Sequence record: NC_029091.1
Strand: one strand, 5' to 3'
Source of the DNA: Escherichia phage APCEc01
DNA: 64,000 nt
In this document: positions 1 to 8,712 of the stretch, one piece after another
Layout of the letters: each line of letters begins with the position of its first letter
Position numbering within the stretch: position 1 is the first letter of the stretch
The notes under the pieces: generated by a model
The model's database searches: none
What the model was told of the DNA's origin: nothing
What the model saw: the letters and a program-made list of their open reading frames with translations, nothing else
Made by a program: the position numbers and the translations under genes

Positions 1-1023
1 ATGGCTGAATGGATAGATAATGAATTTGCTTATCGTGCGTTTTCTCACCTCCCTCGTTTTAGACAAATCAATAATTCAAGCACATTTAAATTAACGTTTC
101 GTTGTCCAGTTTGTGGCGACTCCCAGACAGATGCAATGAAAGCCCGCGGTTGGTATTACGGTGGTACTCCTGGTAATGTACATTGCTATAACTGTCAATA
201 CCACAATACAATTTCAGGATACTTAAAAGAGTACGATGAAGAGCTTTATCGCGAGTATCTAATGGAAGTTCGTAAAGAAAAAGCTAGAATGGAACCAAAG
301 ATTGAAAAGGTTCCTGAAGCTAAGCCGGAGCCAGAGAAAAAGACTATAAATTCTTTGCCGTCTTGTTCTCGTCTGGACAAGCTGCCTGAAGAGCATCCTA
401 TTGTGAAATATGTTAAGACTCGGTGTATTCCTAAAGAATCATGGAACAGATTATGGTTCACATTAGAATGGCCCAAATTGGTCAACAAGATTCAACCTGG
501 TACGTATAAGAAAGAGATTCCCGAACCACGTTTAGTTATTCCTATTTTTAATAAAGATGGGAAGGCCGAGTCATTCCAAGGACGTGCACTTCGTAAAGAT
601 GCTCCTCAGAAATATATCACTATTAAAGCGTTTGAGTCTGCAACAAAAATTTATGGTGTTGAACGTGTTAAGGAAGGGGACGTCTGGGTAATGGAAGGCC
701 CTATTGATAGTTTATTCATACCCAATGCAATCGCTATTACAGGCGGCTCGATAGATTTAGATGTGGTACCATTTAAAGAACGTCGGGTATGGGTAATGGA
801 TAATGAACCTAGGCATCCGGATACTATAGCTCGCATGAAGCGATTAGTTGATGCAGGCGAACGTGTCATGTTCTGGGACCGAGCTCCATGGAGATCAAAG
901 GATGTGAATGATATGGTAATGAAAGAAAATGCAACACCACAAGAAATTTTAGAATATATGAAACAGAATATTTCAAGTGGGTTGCATGCTAAAATGAGAT
1001 TATCTCGTTATTCGAAGATTTAA
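1..1023 (+). CDS. 61: DNA primase gp61
   Basis: 340 aa. Zn-ribbon CPVCGDS...CYNCQ, TOPRIM-like EGPIDSLF/DNEPRHPDT. Collinear with remembered T4 gp61 (342 aa). Confidence 0.95.
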   Translation: MAEWIDNEFAYRAFSHLPRFRQINNSSTFKLTFRCPVCGDSQTDAMKARGWYYGGTPGNVHCYNCQYHNTISGYLKEYDEELYREYLMEVRKEKARMEPKIEKVPEAKPEPEKKTINSLPSCSRLDKLPEEHPIVKYVKTRCIPKESWNRLWFTLEWPKLVNKIQPGTYKKEIPEPRLVIPIFNKDGKAESFQGRALRKDAPQKYITIKAFESATKIYGVERVKEGDVWVMEGPIDSLFIPNAIAITGGSIDLDVVPFKERRVWVMDNEPRHPDTIARMKRLVDAGERVMFWDRAPWRSKDVNDMVMKENATPQEILEYMKQNISSGLHAKMRLSRYSKI

Positions 1024-1217
1024 ACAAGCCCTATAATAGCAAAGGCCAAATCAACTACAGTATCCAATGGAACAGAAGGAACTATAATACCATGGGCAAC
1101 TAACAATGGTGCAATCCCGAAGTTCCATGAAATAATGCCACCTACAACTATTGCAGCGATAGCAGTTTTCTTTTTATTGCCTTTAATAGCGTTGATTAAC
1201 GATGGAAGTTTAAACAT
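1020..1217 (-). CDS. Small predicted 2-TM membrane protein, convergent with gene 61
   Basis: 65 aa with two hydrophobic stretches. Strong SD AAGGAG 5 nt upstream of the ATG on the minus strand. Its stop overlaps the gene 61 stop. Confidence 0.6.
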   Translation of the reverse strand: MFKLPSLINAIKGNKKKTAIAAIVVGGIISWNFGIAPLLVAHGIIVPSVPLDTVVDLAFAIIGLV

Positions 1218-1305
1218 AATATCTCCTTAGTTACCTATTATTTATTACGCTTTATAAAATTAATGTTAGAATTAACTCTCTTATACTGAATTGAAAGGAA
1301 AAATA

Positions 1306-1827
1306 ATGGCACACTTTAACGAATGTTCACAACTTATTTCTGGTGTTGATAAAGCGGAAGAAGCTTATTTTAATGCTCTGATTCACGAAGATAAAGACCC
1401 ACTGCAGGTAATGCTTGATATGCAGAAATCTTTACAGGTTCGTCTGGCAAATGACAAGCCTGAACATAACAAACATCCTGATGAATTGGCCACTGCTGGT
1501 GATGTTGTTGATTGGCTGCGTAATCAGAAAGATTATATTGATGATGAATTCCGTGAACTGCTGACTTCACTTGGCGGTATGAGCAATGGTGAAAAAGCCG
1601 CCAGCAGTGTATGGAAGCCGTGGAAGGCACAACATGCTGAATATCGAAATCGTCGTATCGATGAACTGTCTCCTGAAGACCAGCTTGAAATTAAATTTGA
1701 AATGATTGATATTCTGCATTTCGTTCTAAATATGTTCCAAGGTCTAGGTCTTTCGGCTGAAGAAATCTTTAAACTTTACTACTTGAAAAACCAACACAAC
1801 TTTGAACGTCAGGATAATGGTTACTGA
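1306..1827 (+). CDS. 56: dCTPase/dUTPase (dCTP pyrophosphatase) gp56
   Basis: MAHFNEC... near-collinear with remembered T4 gp56 (171 aa), e.g. ELSPEDQLEIKFE, KLYYLKN. The ATG at 1306 follows AAAGGA. The track start at 1291 is a TTG extension. Confidence 0.93.
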   Translation: MAHFNECSQLISGVDKAEEAYFNALIHEDKDPLQVMLDMQKSLQVRLANDKPEHNKHPDELATAGDVVDWLRNQKDYIDDEFRELLTSLGGMSNGEKAASSVWKPWKAQHAEYRNRRIDELSPEDQLEIKFEMIDILHFVLNMFQGLGLSAEEIFKLYYLKNQHNFERQDNGY

Positions 1828-1833
1828 TTAAGT

Positions 1834-1841
1834 TATAAATA
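1834..1841 (+). promoter_or_regulatory. Late promoter TATAAATA upstream of soc
   Basis: Exact T4 late consensus TATAAATA about 30 nt upstream of the soc ATG. Confidence 0.7.
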
Positions 1842-1872
1842 CACCTGTAATTAAACAACAAAGGAGTTAATT

Positions 1873-2109
1873 ATGGGTGGTTACGTTAATATCAAAACCT
1901 TTACACGTCCGGCTGGTGAAGGTAAAGAAGTTAAAGGTATGGAAGTTTCTGTACCGTTTGAAATTTATTCAAACGAACATCGGATTGCAGATTCTCATTA
2001 TCAGACCTTTCCTTCTGAAAAGGCGGCATATTCTACTGTAGTTTCTGATGCAGCTGACTGGAAAACTAAGAATGCTGCAATGTTTACGCCTACACAAATA
2101 GGTGGTTAA
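1873..2109 (+). CDS. soc: Small outer capsid protein Soc
   Basis: 78 aa. GYVNIKTF...HYQTFPSEKAAYSTV matches remembered T4/RB69 Soc. Confidence 0.9.
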   Translation: MGGYVNIKTFTRPAGEGKEVKGMEVSVPFEIYSNEHRIADSHYQTFPSEKAAYSTVVSDAADWKTKNAAMFTPTQIGG

Positions 2110-2116
2110 TAATTCA

Positions 2117-2144
2117 AGGAATCCTTCGGGATTCCTTTTTTTTT
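2117..2144 (+). terminator. Intrinsic terminator after soc
   Basis: AGGAATCC-TTCG-GGATTCCT hairpin followed by T8. Confidence 0.85.
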
Positions 2145-2153
2145 GTTTCTACA

Positions 2154-2183
2154 GTTTACAACCACTAAAAACTGTGTTAAGAT
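2154..2183 (+). promoter_or_regulatory. T4-type early promoter
   Basis: GTTTAC, 18-nt spacer, TGt + TAAGAT. ACAGTTT/AAACTGT inverted repeat across the -35 and spacer. Confidence 0.65.
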
Positions 2184-2211
2184 ATTCTTACTTACTCAAG
2201 AGGAGAACAAT

Positions 2212-2439
2212 ATGTTAAATCGTTGGATTAAACCTAATAACACATTAGGTGCTTTGATTGCTCAAGAAGTTTCGTTGAAATACGGTCTTGGATATTACGA
2301 TGATGTAGTCGTACACTCATTCATGATGGATGGTGAAGACGTCAAATTTAATGCCGAAATCCGCTGGGATGACGGTGGTGTTCGTTTTGTTCGAGGAACA
2401 ATTAATGCTTACGATACTGAAGAAGTTGTTTGCTGTTAA
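2212..2439 (+). CDS. Hypothetical protein (75 aa)
   Basis: ATG preceded by GAGGAG. The upstream part of track ORF 2143.. covers the promoter and is rejected. Confidence 0.65.
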   Translation: MLNRWIKPNNTLGALIAQEVSLKYGLGYYDDVVVHSFMMDGEDVKFNAEIRWDDGGVRFVRGTINAYDTEEVVCC

Positions 2440-2452
2440 ACCAGGCGAAGGT

Positions 2453-2653
2453 ATGATGCCTATTCCTGATACACACGAAAAAAGTTGGGAATATATCGGT
2501 GACGGAATGATGGAAGAAGTTGTTCGTCCAAAAACAAAACAGGTTAATGCTTCAAGCTCTTCAAGTTATAATCATTCATACGTATCGTCTTGGCCTGGTG
2601 ATTCTGGGTCAAGTTATTCTGATTGTGGTTCAAGCTCAGGGAGCTGCGAATGA
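2453..2653 (+). CDS. Hypothetical protein with Ser-rich low-complexity tail (66 aa)
   Basis: MMPIPD... start after GAAGG. C-terminus NASSSSSYNHSYVSSWPGDSGSSYSDCGSSSGSCE. Confidence 0.5.
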   Translation: MMPIPDTHEKSWEYIGDGMMEEVVRPKTKQVNASSSSSYNHSYVSSWPGDSGSSYSDCGSSSGSCE

Positions 2654-2829
2654 ACAAGATAGTTAAATGGTTTAAAAGCTGGGACGATGGTGTCGGTCCA
2701 GAAGATTGGCTGGATGTTCTTGAAGAGAATATGGCTAAAGAATTCAAGAAACATGAAGAAAAGCTCGTCGAAGATGAAGGCGGACGTATTGTAAAACTTT
2801 ATATGGGTGAACCATCGAGGAAATTATAA
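2650..2829 (+). CDS. Hypothetical protein (59 aa)
   Basis: ATGA start/stop coupling with the upstream ORF. Hydrophilic, same-strand operon context. Confidence 0.55.
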   Translation: MNKIVKWFKSWDDGVGPEDWLDVLEENMAKEFKKHEEKLVEDEGGRIVKLYMGEPSRKL

Positions 2830-3293
2830 TGGATGCTATGCTATTTAAAATGTATTTGCTTGAAGCCAAGTCATTTAAACATATACCAGTGGAAGATAAG
2901 ACTCCACTAGAAATAGCTATTCTCATTAACAAAAGTCTAAATAATCCGCAATATATCATAGAAGAATTCTGCAAATTGCAGATTCCTAAAGGTTACAAAA
3001 TTCGTGTAGAGCGAGTTGGAGCTATTACTCATTCTAAAAATTCTCCGTTTAGTCTTGAAGAAGGCATAAAGGACTTAGGTTATGAATCTACGGAAAATGC
3101 CGTTTATGTGAATCCAGAAAAGCGTTTAGATTTGTTTGAAAAGCGAGACCATAAGTATTTTGCCAAAAAATACTTTATTACATCATTAGCAGATTTAATC
3201 CATTTGCAACGAGCTATTTGGAAATTTTTTAAGACAAAAGGTGTAGCGCTAGAAACATTCTCTGAGCAGCCTAGTTTTTATTTAGGTGAATAA
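2829..3293 (+). CDS. Hypothetical protein (154 aa), in the mrh-region position of T4
   Basis: TAATG coupling and GAGGAA SD. The position between soc and modB corresponds to the T4 mrh cluster. No motif recognised. Confidence 0.65.
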   Translation: MDAMLFKMYLLEAKSFKHIPVEDKTPLEIAILINKSLNNPQYIIEEFCKLQIPKGYKIRVERVGAITHSKNSPFSLEEGIKDLGYESTENAVYVNPEKRLDLFEKRDHKYFAKKYFITSLADLIHLQRAIWKFFKTKGVALETFSEQPSFYLGE

Positions 3294-3294
3294 T

Positions 3295-3474
3295 ATGGAC
3301 CTTATGAGTATGTTTGACGAGCCTGAAGTTGAGGCTCCTAAAGTGCATCGTAGTGAACTTGTTGATGAACTAGATAGTATTATACAACGACATGGCTTTA
3401 GTTTACCTGTCGAAGCTCTGAAAGACCTTGCCTCTTATTATGACGACCCTCCACCATGGAGTCCTTGGAAATGA
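3295..3474 (+). CDS. Hypothetical acidic protein (59 aa)
   Basis: ATG after AGGTGA. The track start at 3286 is a GTG extension. Confidence 0.55.
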   Translation: MDLMSMFDEPEVEAPKVHRSELVDELDSIIQRHGFSLPVEALKDLASYYDDPPPWSPWK

Positions 3475-3635
3475 AAGAGAAATTTAAAGAGAAATTCTTA
3501 CTAGAAATCAAGGAAAAAGACTTTGAGACATGGTATCGAATGGTGAAAGGGTTGACATTGCTTTTTAAAGCATCCTTATTCATGTTAAAACAACCTGGTC
3601 CTGATGGTCCTTTAGTAGGAAAGCTTAAAAAGTAG
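3471..3635 (+). CDS. Hypothetical protein (54 aa), below the ORF-track cutoff
   Basis: ATGA coupling with the upstream ORF. MKEKFKEKFLLEIKEKDFETWYRMVKGL...; ends just before the promoter at 3635. Confidence 0.45.
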   Translation: MKEKFKEKFLLEIKEKDFETWYRMVKGLTLLFKASLFMLKQPGPDGPLVGKLKK

Positions 3636-3663
3636 TTTACATTCCCTCCTCTCGTGTTATGAT
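3635..3663 (+). promoter_or_regulatory. T4-type early promoter
   Basis: GTTTAC, 17-nt spacer, TGt + TATGAT. Confidence 0.7.
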
Positions 3664-3690
3664 AGGCTTATCTTTAAATGGAGGTCTATC

Positions 3691-4272
3691 ATGACATGTC
3701 AATCTGAACTTCAAGAACGTGAATACCTAACAAATCTGATTGATAGCAAATTCACCCGCCAAGAACAAAACATTCTCTGGGCTTGCACCGATTCTAAGGA
3801 AGACCCGGATTTCCACTATGAATTAGACCATCTTGTTCGTAAGCATATGACTTCTACAGCACCAGTAGAACTCTACCGTGGTGTAACTCCAGAAGAAGTA
3901 GAACGTCTTTCCCTTCTTTCTGTTGGATGCCATTGGTCTCCTGGACGAGTAACGTCGTTCACAACTGATTTCAGTACAGCTCGTCAATTCTCCGGGAGAT
4001 GGGAATATCAGACGTACACTATTCTTAGTCTCAGGAATGCTCCATTCATTTTTGATTACTACCAAAATATGGTTAACATTGTACTCGCCGGAAAGAACCC
4101 TAAGCATGTTATGGAAGAAACTCGTATCGATGTCCTAGATATGATTGAATCTGAACAAGAGTACATGGTCTCAGGCATCTCTCGATTTGAGATTGTGGAA
4201 ATTGAAGACTTAGAATATGACCCTTTATCTCGATTATACAAAATCATTCATTTGAAAATGTTGAATTTTTAG
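3691..4272 (+). CDS. modB: ADP-ribosyltransferase, ModB position
   Basis: 193 aa. R-S-E ART triad visible: LYRGV, VTSFTTD, EQEYMVSG. Paralog of the next ORF. T4 transcription order is modB then modA. Confidence 0.75.
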   Translation: MTCQSELQEREYLTNLIDSKFTRQEQNILWACTDSKEDPDFHYELDHLVRKHMTSTAPVELYRGVTPEEVERLSLLSVGCHWSPGRVTSFTTDFSTARQFSGRWEYQTYTILSLRNAPFIFDYYQNMVNIVLAGKNPKHVMEETRIDVLDMIESEQEYMVSGISRFEIVEIEDLEYDPLSRLYKIIHLKMLNF

Positions 4273-4301
4273 TGTACAAACTCTTCCGATGATGATATTA
4301 T
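4272..4301 (+). promoter_or_regulatory. T4-type early promoter
   Basis: GTGTAC, 18-nt spacer, TGa + TATTAT. Confidence 0.65.
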
Positions 4302-4329
4302 ACCTTTATCAACCACAGGAGAAACCTAA

Positions 4330-4938
4330 ATGTTTATGCCGTATAACGAGTGTGAAATTGAAGAAATGGTTCGTCGTGCTCAAAACCCCGAATATCAAGA
4401 TGTATTGCAGTACGAAATTGATAGTCAATTCAACGATAATGAACAAAGCATCCTTTGGCAGTGTATGGAAAACAAGCCAGACTGTATTCAACAGGAGTTA
4501 AGTTCAATCGTTCGTAGAAATTGGACGTCTTCTGTTCCTGAGACAATGTATCGTGGAATCTCTAAGAAAACTATGGCCACACTTGATGATAAAGGCATTG
4601 GTAGTATTATTAAATTTGACAGAGTAATGAGCTTCAGCCCAGTGTTCGGTGTAGCACGTAACTTTGCTTCGTATAATTTTTACGGAACATTTAATATGTT
4701 CTGCATCAAAGATGCACCATTTGCTTTCAACTTCCGTGAACATATGCTTAACATGATTCTGGCTGCGCCATCTTGTGAGTTCAATGGAGCTTTCCCTGAA
4801 GCGACAAGACGGTCTAATGCTAGACTTATATCCGACGAATGTGAATTTATGCTCCCTATAGGGACTACACTGCGTGTAGATTCTATTATTCAAGATGGAC
4901 GTTATACAATCTGGAATCTGTCTATTGTCAGTTACTGA
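4330..4938 (+). CDS. modA: ADP-ribosyltransferase, ModA position
   Basis: 202 aa. MYRGI, VMSFSPV, ECEFMLP triad. AGGAG SD. Confidence 0.75.
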   Translation: MFMPYNECEIEEMVRRAQNPEYQDVLQYEIDSQFNDNEQSILWQCMENKPDCIQQELSSIVRRNWTSSVPETMYRGISKKTMATLDDKGIGSIIKFDRVMSFSPVFGVARNFASYNFYGTFNMFCIKDAPFAFNFREHMLNMILAAPSCEFNGAFPEATRRSNARLISDECEFMLPIGTTLRVDSIIQDGRYTIWNLSIVSY

Positions 4939-5012
4939 CTGAATTGGAATAACCGGATGGAACTCAGAACCATTATAACACATAAAAAATTAAAGCATTT
5001 TACGAAAAAAGA

Positions 5013-5041
5013 GTGTACACTACCTGAGGGCATGATATTAT
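5013..5041 (+). promoter_or_regulatory. T4-type early promoter
   Basis: GTGTAC, 17-nt spacer, TGa + TATTAT. Similar to the promoter at 4272. Confidence 0.65.
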
Positions 5042-5091
5042 AAGCTTATCAGCTAAATGACCTTAACGTCCGTAAGACAGAGGAAAATATT

Positions 5092-5838
5092 ATGTTATCA
5101 AATAATAAAATTAACAAAATCAATCGTCGTCTTGACCACACCAGAGCTTCTGCGAAGAGACGCTCTAAGGATTTTAACTTAGACTTTAATTACCTTAAAA
5201 ACATTCTTGATCAAAAGGTCTGCGCTTACTCAGGTGAATCTTTCAATAACTCTGTTGAAGGTGAGAAATTATCCTTAGAACGTTTTAATAACGATATCGG
5301 CTACATTAAAGGTAATGTTATCCCGGTTAAGAAAAAATATAACACGGCTCGTTCTGATTTAACATTAGAAGAACTTATTGAGAAACGTGACGCTGTTGCA
5401 AGACGTATCGCTAATCCTTCTGCCCGTAAAGTAGAGAAACTTAATCTCGACGAGAAGAAATGGGCCCAAATTAAAAAGGTTTATGATACTATTTTAAAAA
5501 TCCGAGCAAAACGTGAAAATCGTGTTAAGCATATGGCGAACATGATGAAAAATCAACCTTTATCTAACGAATCTAAACTTAGAATTGTTGCTTTGAAAGC
5601 ACGCATTAATGGCTCACATCAAGCAGAAGGCCATGAACTTACTAAACTCAACGTTCTTCTTAAAGGCTCTGACTGGAAAACTAAAACTAAATTAACTGAC
5701 GCTGAATCGCTTTTCGATACATATGATAAAGTTATCCAAGGTCTGCAACGTTTTGAAAAGATTGGTTTCATTGGTAAATTAAAATTGAAACGTGGCTTAC
5801 CACTTAGCGCATCATTATTCCAACTGATTAAAGGTTAA
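5092..5838 (+). CDS. srd: Srd-position protein (248 aa)
   Basis: Lies between modA and dda, with a size matching T4 Srd (about 250 aa). Basic coiled-coil-like C-terminus. HNH-like N-terminal motif CAYSG...LSLERFNNDIGYIKGNV. Confidence 0.6.
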   Translation: MLSNNKINKINRRLDHTRASAKRRSKDFNLDFNYLKNILDQKVCAYSGESFNNSVEGEKLSLERFNNDIGYIKGNVIPVKKKYNTARSDLTLEELIEKRDAVARRIANPSARKVEKLNLDEKKWAQIKKVYDTILKIRAKRENRVKHMANMMKNQPLSNESKLRIVALKARINGSHQAEGHELTKLNVLLKGSDWKTKTKLTDAESLFDTYDKVIQGLQRFEKIGFIGKLKLKRGLPLSASLFQLIKG

Positions 5839-5840
5839 TT

Positions 5841-6152
5841 ATGGTTTATGTATATGCAATAGTTTATCGAGATATGGAAGGATTTACTGTCCCAGTTCCA
5901 CTTGATGAACATCGTCCTGCAGTATTTTTTAGAAAGGATATTGCAGATAAAGTTTTCGATACTTTGAAAACACAGTATAAAACAGATTTAAAAATGGGAG
6001 TTCTAAGAATGGTCGAAACTCCGCGTAAGTTCTGGTTTAATAAGCTTGAAATGAAACACGTTAAACTAGATGCGGAGACGCAAAGATTGTATCAACGAAT
6101 TCTGGACACAGGCCATATTGTTAGTATTCCAATTGCAGGGACTTTACGATGA
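5841..6152 (+). CDS. Hypothetical protein (103 aa), dda.1 position
   Basis: Tightly packed ORF with a 4-nt overlap with dda. Confidence 0.65.
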   Translation: MVYVYAIVYRDMEGFTVPVPLDEHRPAVFFRKDIADKVFDTLKTQYKTDLKMGVLRMVETPRKFWFNKLEMKHVKLDAETQRLYQRILDTGHIVSIPIAGTLR

Positions 6153-7462
6153 CATTTGATGATTTGACTGAAGGCCAGAAAAACGCCTTCAACGTTGTTA
6201 TGAACGCTATTAAAGAAAAGAAACATCATGTAACTATTAATGGGCCTGCTGGTACAGGTAAAACAACCCTTACTAGATTCATCGTTGAAGCTCTTATTTC
6301 TGCCGGAGAATCAGGTATTATTTTAGCAGCCCCTACACATGCTGCTAAAAAGGTTCTAAGCAAACTTGCAGGTCAAGAAGCATCGACTATTCATAGCATT
6401 CTTAAAATCAACCCAACTACATACGAAGAAAACGTATTGTTTGAACAGAAAAAGGTTCCCGACTTAGCCTTGTGTCGTGTACTGTTATTTGATGAAGCGT
6501 CAATGTGCGACCGTTCTCTGTTTAAAATAATGTTAGCTAGTATCCCTAAATGGTGCACAGTAATTGGAATCGGCGACCGATGCCAGATTCGACCGGTAGA
6601 CCCAGGCGAATCAACTGCATATCTAAGTCCTTTCTTCACTCACAAAGACTTCGTGCAATGCAACCTTACAGAAGTTAAACGTAGCAATGCACCAATTATT
6701 GATGTTGCGACTGATATTCGTAATGGCAAATGGATTTACGATAAAGTAGTTGATGGACACGGTGTTCACGGATATACAGACCTTAAATCGTATATGATGA
6801 ACTATTTTAACGTCGTTAAAACTCCTGAAGACCTTTTCGAAAATCGAATGATGGCATTCACAAATAAGTCGGTGGACAAGTTAAATTCAATTATTCGCCG
6901 AAAACTTCTTGAAACAGAAAAACCATTTATTAAAGACGAAGTCATTGTTCTACAAGAGCCGTTTACTAAGACGTACAAGCTAGATGGCAAAAATATGACT
7001 GAAATGCTTTTCAATAATGGGCAATTCGTTCGTATTCGAGATGCTGTAGAAACGTCTACATTCGTTAAAGCACGTGGTGTTTCAGGCGAATATATGATAC
7101 GATACTGGAATCTTACAGTAGAAACATATGGGGATGATGAAGAATACATCCGCGAAGATATAAAGGTTATTTCTTCTGAAGAAGAGCTTTATAAATTCAA
7201 TTTGTTTTTGGCTAAGACCGCAGAAACATACAAATTCTGGAATAAAGGCGGTAAAGCTCCATGGAGCGAATTCTGGGATGCTAAACGTATGTTCACTAAG
7301 GTGAAGGCACTACCAGTATCAACCTTCCATAAGGCCCAGGGTATGTCTGTTGACACGGCCTTTGTTTATACACCGTGTATCCATTATGCTGATTCAGAAT
7401 TAGCTAAACAGTTATTGTATGTCGGCACAACTCGTGGTCGTTTTGACGTCCATTTTATTTGA
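6149..7462 (+). CDS. dda: Dda SF1B DNA helicase
   Basis: 437 aa. MTFDDLTEGQKNAF..., Walker A GPAGTGKTT, DEASM. Collinear with remembered T4 Dda (439 aa). Confidence 0.96.
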   Translation: MTFDDLTEGQKNAFNVVMNAIKEKKHHVTINGPAGTGKTTLTRFIVEALISAGESGIILAAPTHAAKKVLSKLAGQEASTIHSILKINPTTYEENVLFEQKKVPDLALCRVLLFDEASMCDRSLFKIMLASIPKWCTVIGIGDRCQIRPVDPGESTAYLSPFFTHKDFVQCNLTEVKRSNAPIIDVATDIRNGKWIYDKVVDGHGVHGYTDLKSYMMNYFNVVKTPEDLFENRMMAFTNKSVDKLNSIIRRKLLETEKPFIKDEVIVLQEPFTKTYKLDGKNMTEMLFNNGQFVRIRDAVETSTFVKARGVSGEYMIRYWNLTVETYGDDEEYIREDIKVISSEEELYKFNLFLAKTAETYKFWNKGGKAPWSEFWDAKRMFTKVKALPVSTFHKAQGMSVDTAFVYTPCIHYADSELAKQLLYVGTTRGRFDVHFI

Positions 7463-7471
7463 GAGAAAATT

Positions 7472-8149
7472 ATGAGCACTGATGTTATTATAGATTTTGA
7501 AACATTCGGCAATACATCAAAAGCGGCTGTTATTGACCTTGCGGTTATTGCATATAATTCCGACCCTGAAGTTGTTGAATCATTTGAAGAACTTGTTCAA
7601 CGAGGTAAGCGAATTAAATTTAATTTAGCTTCTCAGAAAGGGAAGCGAGTTTTCGCTAAATCCACTATGAAATGGTGGAAAGAACAATCGGCTGAAGCGC
7701 GTAAAAACTTGGCTCCGTCTGAAGACGATGTCACTACGCTTGAAGGCATTAAAATCTTTTTAGACTATTGCCGAGCTAATAAAGTTGACCAATGGAAATC
7801 ACAGATGTGGTGCCGTGGTATGAGCTTTGACTTCCCGATCTTGGTCGATTTGATTCGTGACCTCTATCGTGATGAAGGTGTTCTTGAACCAGAGATTGAT
7901 ACTGATAAATTAGAACCGGTTAAATTCTGGGCTCAACGTGATATTCGTACGGCAATCGAAGCTTACTCGTTGACACGAGGATTAAGTATGTGTCCATTAC
8001 CGATGGGTACGCTAAAAGGATTCGTTGCCCATGATAGTATTCATGATTGTGCTAAAGATATTTTGATGTTAAAATATGCTCAGCGTTATGCGCTTGGCCT
8101 TGAAGATGTCCCTGAGAATCCTGACCCGTTAAGTGTAAAACAGCGATAA
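7472..8149 (+). CDS. dexA: Exonuclease A (DEDDh 3'-5' exonuclease)
   Basis: 225 aa. IIDFETFG and HDSIHDC exonuclease motifs. Lies just after dda, as in T4. Confidence 0.88.
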   Translation: MSTDVIIDFETFGNTSKAAVIDLAVIAYNSDPEVVESFEELVQRGKRIKFNLASQKGKRVFAKSTMKWWKEQSAEARKNLAPSEDDVTTLEGIKIFLDYCRANKVDQWKSQMWCRGMSFDFPILVDLIRDLYRDEGVLEPEIDTDKLEPVKFWAQRDIRTAIEAYSLTRGLSMCPLPMGTLKGFVAHDSIHDCAKDILMLKYAQRYALGLEDVPENPDPLSVKQR

Positions 8150-8154
8150 AACCA

Positions 8155-8184
8155 GTTTACAACCAAGGATGGTTGGAGTATAAT
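8155..8184 (+). promoter_or_regulatory. T4-type early promoter (CCAAGGATGG family)
   Basis: GTTTAC, 18-nt spacer, TATAAT. The spacer CCAAGGATGGTTGGAG recurs at 8713, 46418 and 55061. Confidence 0.75.
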
Positions 8185-8215
8185 CTTTCTATCTTAACCA
8201 AACAGGAAAAACATT

Positions 8216-8710
8216 ATGAATATCAATACTACGGCTACTTACATCCTGAAAGACGAAAAACAAATCAACTGGTACGGTGCTTCAGTGCGAGCTTATGAAA
8301 AGTTTTGTGAAATTTTAGGTGCCACTCAAGGTAATAGTTTCACTATTGTTAACTTCATCAAACAAGCTGAAGGCCCTTGGTTATTCTTAGAAATTAAAAA
8401 TTCACACGGTACAATTTCTACTACCGCCCTTCCAAGCACTGACTTTGAATTGTTGATTGAAGAAGTAGAACCCGTTAAAGACATCTGTATTGATATGGAT
8501 ATCGCTTGTATGTACGGTACTCTGATTAAGCCTATTGAGCCTACTGATTTGTTGTGTAAAGCTGTTTCAATTCGACGTCCGTTCGCAGGTCCAGTGAGTG
8601 GATGGGTAACTGATCAGTGGATTGAAGACGGTGTCGAACTTCTGAACGTTGTTCATGCAGGTGATTTTAGTGTAGTTCCACGTAGTGCTGTGGTTAATAT
8701 TCTAAATTAA
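8216..8710 (+). CDS. Hypothetical protein, paralog 1 of a tandem family (164 aa; motB/dexA.x region)
   Basis: The C-terminal GWVTDQWIEDGVELLNVVHAGDFSVVP motif is shared with the next two ORFs. Confidence 0.7.
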   Translation: MNINTTATYILKDEKQINWYGASVRAYEKFCEILGATQGNSFTIVNFIKQAEGPWLFLEIKNSHGTISTTALPSTDFELLIEEVEPVKDICIDMDIACMYGTLIKPIEPTDLLCKAVSIRRPFAGPVSGWVTDQWIEDGVELLNVVHAGDFSVVPRSAVVNILN

Positions 8711-8712
8711 TG

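Noticed and set aside
246-869. Minus-strand ORFs 246..488 and 651..869 inside the primase gene
   Set aside because: They are antisense shadows of a well-supported CDS, with no SD or promoter. The same applies to most antisense track ORFs inside dda, 39, rIIA, 37, 34, nrdA, rnlA, alt and others.
2143-2653. Long track ORFs 2143..2439 (98 aa) and 2330..2653 (107 aa) taken at their maximal starts
   Set aside because: The 5' parts run through the soc terminator and early promoter, or overlap the neighbouring CDS out of frame. Internal ATGs with good SDs (2212 and 2453) give compact, non-overlapping genes.
4504-4983. 159-aa minus-strand ORF opposite modA
   Set aside because: It is fully antisense to an ADP-ribosyltransferase with a clear catalytic triad. 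It has no SD, and its composition looks like a shadow frame.
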